64,000 nucleotides of DNA from positions 1,248,001-1,312,000 of the forward strand of contig OY970067.1 in NCBI GenBank assembly GCA_963705305.1, in the 5' to 3' direction. Below the pieces are notes generated by a model that saw nothing but the letters and a program-made list of their open reading frames with translations, was not told the DNA's origin and did no database searches. Shown here piece after piece: positions 62,043-64,000 of the stretch (positions within the stretch are counted from its first letter, which is position 1; each line of letters begins with the position of its first letter). The position numbers and the translations under genes are program-made. This DNA is from an uncultured Methylomirabilota bacterium (GTDB taxonomy: Bacteria; Methylomirabilota; Methylomirabilia; Methylomirabilales; 2-02-FULL-66-22).

Positions 62043-62399
62043 TCAGGAGAGAAGCGGCAGGCCCTTCGGGGTCATCGCGTCTAGGATGGGGTGCGTCAGG
62101 AATGCGAAGCCGAGGGAAATCAATAGACGCTTTTGATTCGATTCGATGTCGGGGCGTTGCCACAAGCGGCGGAGGCCGGCGGCGGCAGCGAAGTTCAAAG
62201 CGAGTCCATGGACTAGCGCCCGATGGTTCGGATGAACGGCGGGCTCAAGCACGTCAGGCAGGCAAGCCAGCGCAGCCCCGGCCGCGATAGCGACCAAGAA
62301 TTCCCCAAGAGTCGGCTGTTCGTCTGCCATCTTGCAGAAACCCAGATATGCGACGCCGCCGACTGCGGCGCCTGCTACCGCGTGTCCCGATCTGTTCAC
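62043..62399 (-). CDS. YdjM/DUF457-like membrane metal-dependent hydrolase
   Basis: N-terminal H, LPD.LEP...HR...H and H..LD..T..G.P motifs; GTG overlaps the upstream TGA (GTGA). Confidence 0.85.
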   Translation of the reverse strand: MNRSGHAVAGAAVGGVAYLGFCKMADEQPTLGEFLVAIAAGAALACLPDVLEPAVHPNHRALVHGLALNFAAAAGLRRLWQRPDIESNQKRLLISLGFAFLTHPILDAMTPKGLPLLS

Positions 62400-63238
62400 A
62401 ATGCGGCCTCCTTCGCGGCTGCCCTGTCCTTTGCAGCACAGCAATGGCCATAGCTCTTGCCTGATCCGCACCGGCAGGGATCCTTGGAACCGAGGAATCG
62501 CAAGATTTCGGACGGCTCGTGGCCGACCACACTGCCTGGCCAGGCTTCTTCAATCCCGACACCGCGCTCCCGCGCCTCGACCCACGCCAAGTGCTTCCCG
62601 AGCCAAATAGCGGTGTAGTTTGCGTATTCGCGGACTCCACGCAGTGGCCATGTCCAGGCTCTATCGGCGGGGAAGAGGACGCAGAGGGCGTCGATGTCGT
62701 TGAGCATATGCGGGGGCGGTCCGCTCGGATGTTGGTGGTCAATCCGGGGCCACAGTGACCGTGCGATGGGACAGCCGGGTGGTCGCCGATATGCAATCTC
62801 GATCCGGAAGCCGCCCGCCAAGAGGCGCCCGAGGCGGAGTGCCGGACGTGGGAAATGTTCCCCTCCGCACTGCTCGTAGTGAGCGAGCGCCCCATCCGTC
62901 ATGACCCGGACAGGACGATCTTCATCCAAGTCTGCCACGATGGCCTGGATCTCCTCTAGATCCATCCCTTCGGGAAACGGGGTGATCGTGCCCCGCCAAG
63001 CGAGCACGAATTCCCCGCATTGTACGCGCTCGACCGCCTCTCGCGGAGTCTGGGGCTCTTCCTGACCGATGCAATCGCGACCCAAGGCGACGGCATGGAT
63101 GATTCTCTGCGGGTCGCGGTGACGACGCCGCACGATTGAAGTGAAAGATGGGTAGGCTGAGTGCATGGCGGTGACCTCCCGCTCCCACCAGGGGGTCAGC
63201 AGTTCAATTTCCCACGGGTTGAGCGGGAGGTTGGCCAT
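62396..63238 (-). CDS. Prokaryotic E2 (UBC-fold)-like protein with C-terminal SEC-C motif, 280 aa
   Basis: W.G.I.P, F.I.I.Y...P..P, PHM.....LC.L.P...W, WL..H..W....WPG; C-terminal DPCRCGSGKSYGHCC; ATG after GAGGTGG. Confidence 0.7.
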   Translation of the reverse strand: MANLPLNPWEIELLTPWWEREVTAMHSAYPSFTSIVRRRHRDPQRIIHAVALGRDCIGQEEPQTPREAVERVQCGEFVLAWRGTITPFPEGMDLEEIQAIVADLDEDRPVRVMTDGALAHYEQCGGEHFPRPALRLGRLLAGGFRIEIAYRRPPGCPIARSLWPRIDHQHPSGPPPHMLNDIDALCVLFPADRAWTWPLRGVREYANYTAIWLGKHLAWVEARERGVGIEEAWPGSVVGHEPSEILRFLGSKDPCRCGSGKSYGHCCAAKDRAAAKEAAL

Positions 63239-63248
63239 GTCATCCACC

Positions 63249-63368
63249 TCACCAGGTTCCATGCGGCCGAGGTGGGTGGACAACTCCGCCGGGCGGCTCC
63301 GGTCGCGGCGGGTGCTGCGGGTGGGGCGGATGGGGGTGCGGATGCTCCTGGTGATCGTCCTTCGACAT
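63249..63368 (-). CDS. 39-aa His/Pro-rich peptide MSKDDHQEHPHPHPPHPQHPPRPEPPGGVVHPPRPHGTW
   Basis: Translated by hand; AAGGAG SD just upstream; TGA at 63249-51 runs into the SD of the E2-like gene; lies under a consensus promoter. Confidence 0.7.
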   Translation of the reverse strand: MSKDDHQEHPHPHPPHPQHPPRPEPPGGVVHPPRPHGTW

Positions 63369-63464
63369 TTCAGACTCCTTCTGTGCTGAGCCCCTCCCCG
63401 GCGACGGGCCCCGTTTCGATGATGGATGCCGGGCTCCAGTATCGTGTACGGGAATTTCTCGCGT

Positions 63465-63493
63465 ATGATAATTCTTGCACGTGACACAGTCAA
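63465..63493 (-). promoter_or_regulatory. Sigma70 promoter TTGACT-N17-TATCAT for the peptide/E2 operon
   Basis: -35 at 63493-88 and -10 at 63470-65 on the minus strand; AATT(T)CTYG repeats nearby are candidate operator half-sites. Confidence 0.65.
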
Positions 63494-63566
63494 GGAGTAA
63501 TTTCTTGTCGGCGAGAATGACAGGACGTTGCGGAATATAGCCGCCTCGCGGCTAAAGGAGGTCTGC

Positions 63567-63956
63567 ATGCCGGAAGGCATCGACGTGGGGCAGTTGGGCG
63601 ATCGACTCAGGCGAGTCCGAACCGAACGGCGACTGACATTGCGAGAGGTCGCAGGGGCGACGGGTATCAGTATCCCTTCACTCTCACGGATCGAGCGTGG
63701 TGCGGCCAAGGAATTCAAGAGCGGAACGCTGCTTAGCCTTGCGCAGTGGTTGGGGACCAACCTGAATGACTTGACGGGCTCGCCCTCTCCCGTCACGCGC
63801 CGCCACGGTAAGATCGTCGAAGCGACTCCCGACGTGGTGGAACTGCATCTCCGCGCGGACAAGAAGCTGAACAAGAAGAGCGCTACCGCCCTCGCGAACC
63901 TGTTTCGCACGGCGTACGAACAGCTAGCCAAGACGGGTGACAAGGAAGAGCCGTGA
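63567..63956 (+). CDS. XRE-family HTH transcriptional regulator
   Basis: LTLREVA..TGIS..SLSRIERG; AAGGAGG SD before ATG 63567. Confidence 0.9.
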   Translation: MPEGIDVGQLGDRLRRVRTERRLTLREVAGATGISIPSLSRIERGAAKEFKSGTLLSLAQWLGTNLNDLTGSPSPVTRRHGKIVEATPDVVELHLRADKKLNKKSATALANLFRTAYEQLAKTGDKEEP

Positions 63957-64000
63957 TGTTCCTGCCGTTTAGTGAGCGAGGCAAGCGGTGGGAACCGGTC
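63956..64000 (+). CDS. Start of a translationally coupled ORF (MFLPFSERGKRWEP...), truncated by the window edge
   Basis: TGATG stop-start overlap with the XRE gene; too short to classify. Confidence 0.4.
   Translation, partial: MFLPFSERGKRWEPV

Noticed and set aside
62043..63368. CBASS or Bil ubiquitin-like system
   Set aside because: No CD-NTase, E1, JAB or beta-grasp Ubl is visible in the window.
62396..63943. 515-aa ORF as given in the track
   Set aside because: The 5' part is antisense to the XRE gene and spans the promoter and micropeptide; the SD-supported start is 63238.
45006..64000. Complete prophage
   Set aside because: No structural, packaging or lysis genes in the window.

Overview
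GC-rich bacterial accessory DNA with no intact housekeeping genes, rRNA, complete tRNA or CRISPR array. It falls into three blocks. (1) 1-12.6 kb: a minus-strand cluster for catabolism of an unidentified organic or sugar acid (TRAP DctP, DHDPS-like and HpcH aldolases, lactonase-like amidohydrolase, several dehydrogenases, GntR), bracketed by IS1380 and IS21 remnants. It is followed by a small GIY-YIG gene and two tRNA-Asn 3' fragments. (2) 13.15-45.0 kb: a second catabolic and transport cargo (FadR, TRAP, M24 enzyme, RraA-type aldolase, amidohydrolases, sugar ABC genes, IlvD-family dehydratase, an atypical SdhA/SdhB-like pair) containing about ten IS elements or remnants. It runs from a tRNA-Asn att site to an attP-like junction carrying the same GTGGCGGTT arm repeats, and no integrase is visible inside it. 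(3) 45.0-64 kb: the end of an integrative element with an AbiE-like TA pair, phage-type recombination genes, excisionase-like HTH genes and many candidate defence genes (HNH, HEPN-like plus large helical protein, HhH/Fe-S-like protein, SIR2, PD-(D/E)xK). The best candidate for an undescribed system is at the right end: a promoter-driven operon encoding a 39-aa His/Pro-rich peptide ending in HGTW (below the ORF-track cutoff), an E2-like/SEC-C protein with no E1 in view, and a YdjM-like membrane hydrolase, divergent from an XRE regulator. All family calls come from reading motifs by eye; no searches were run.
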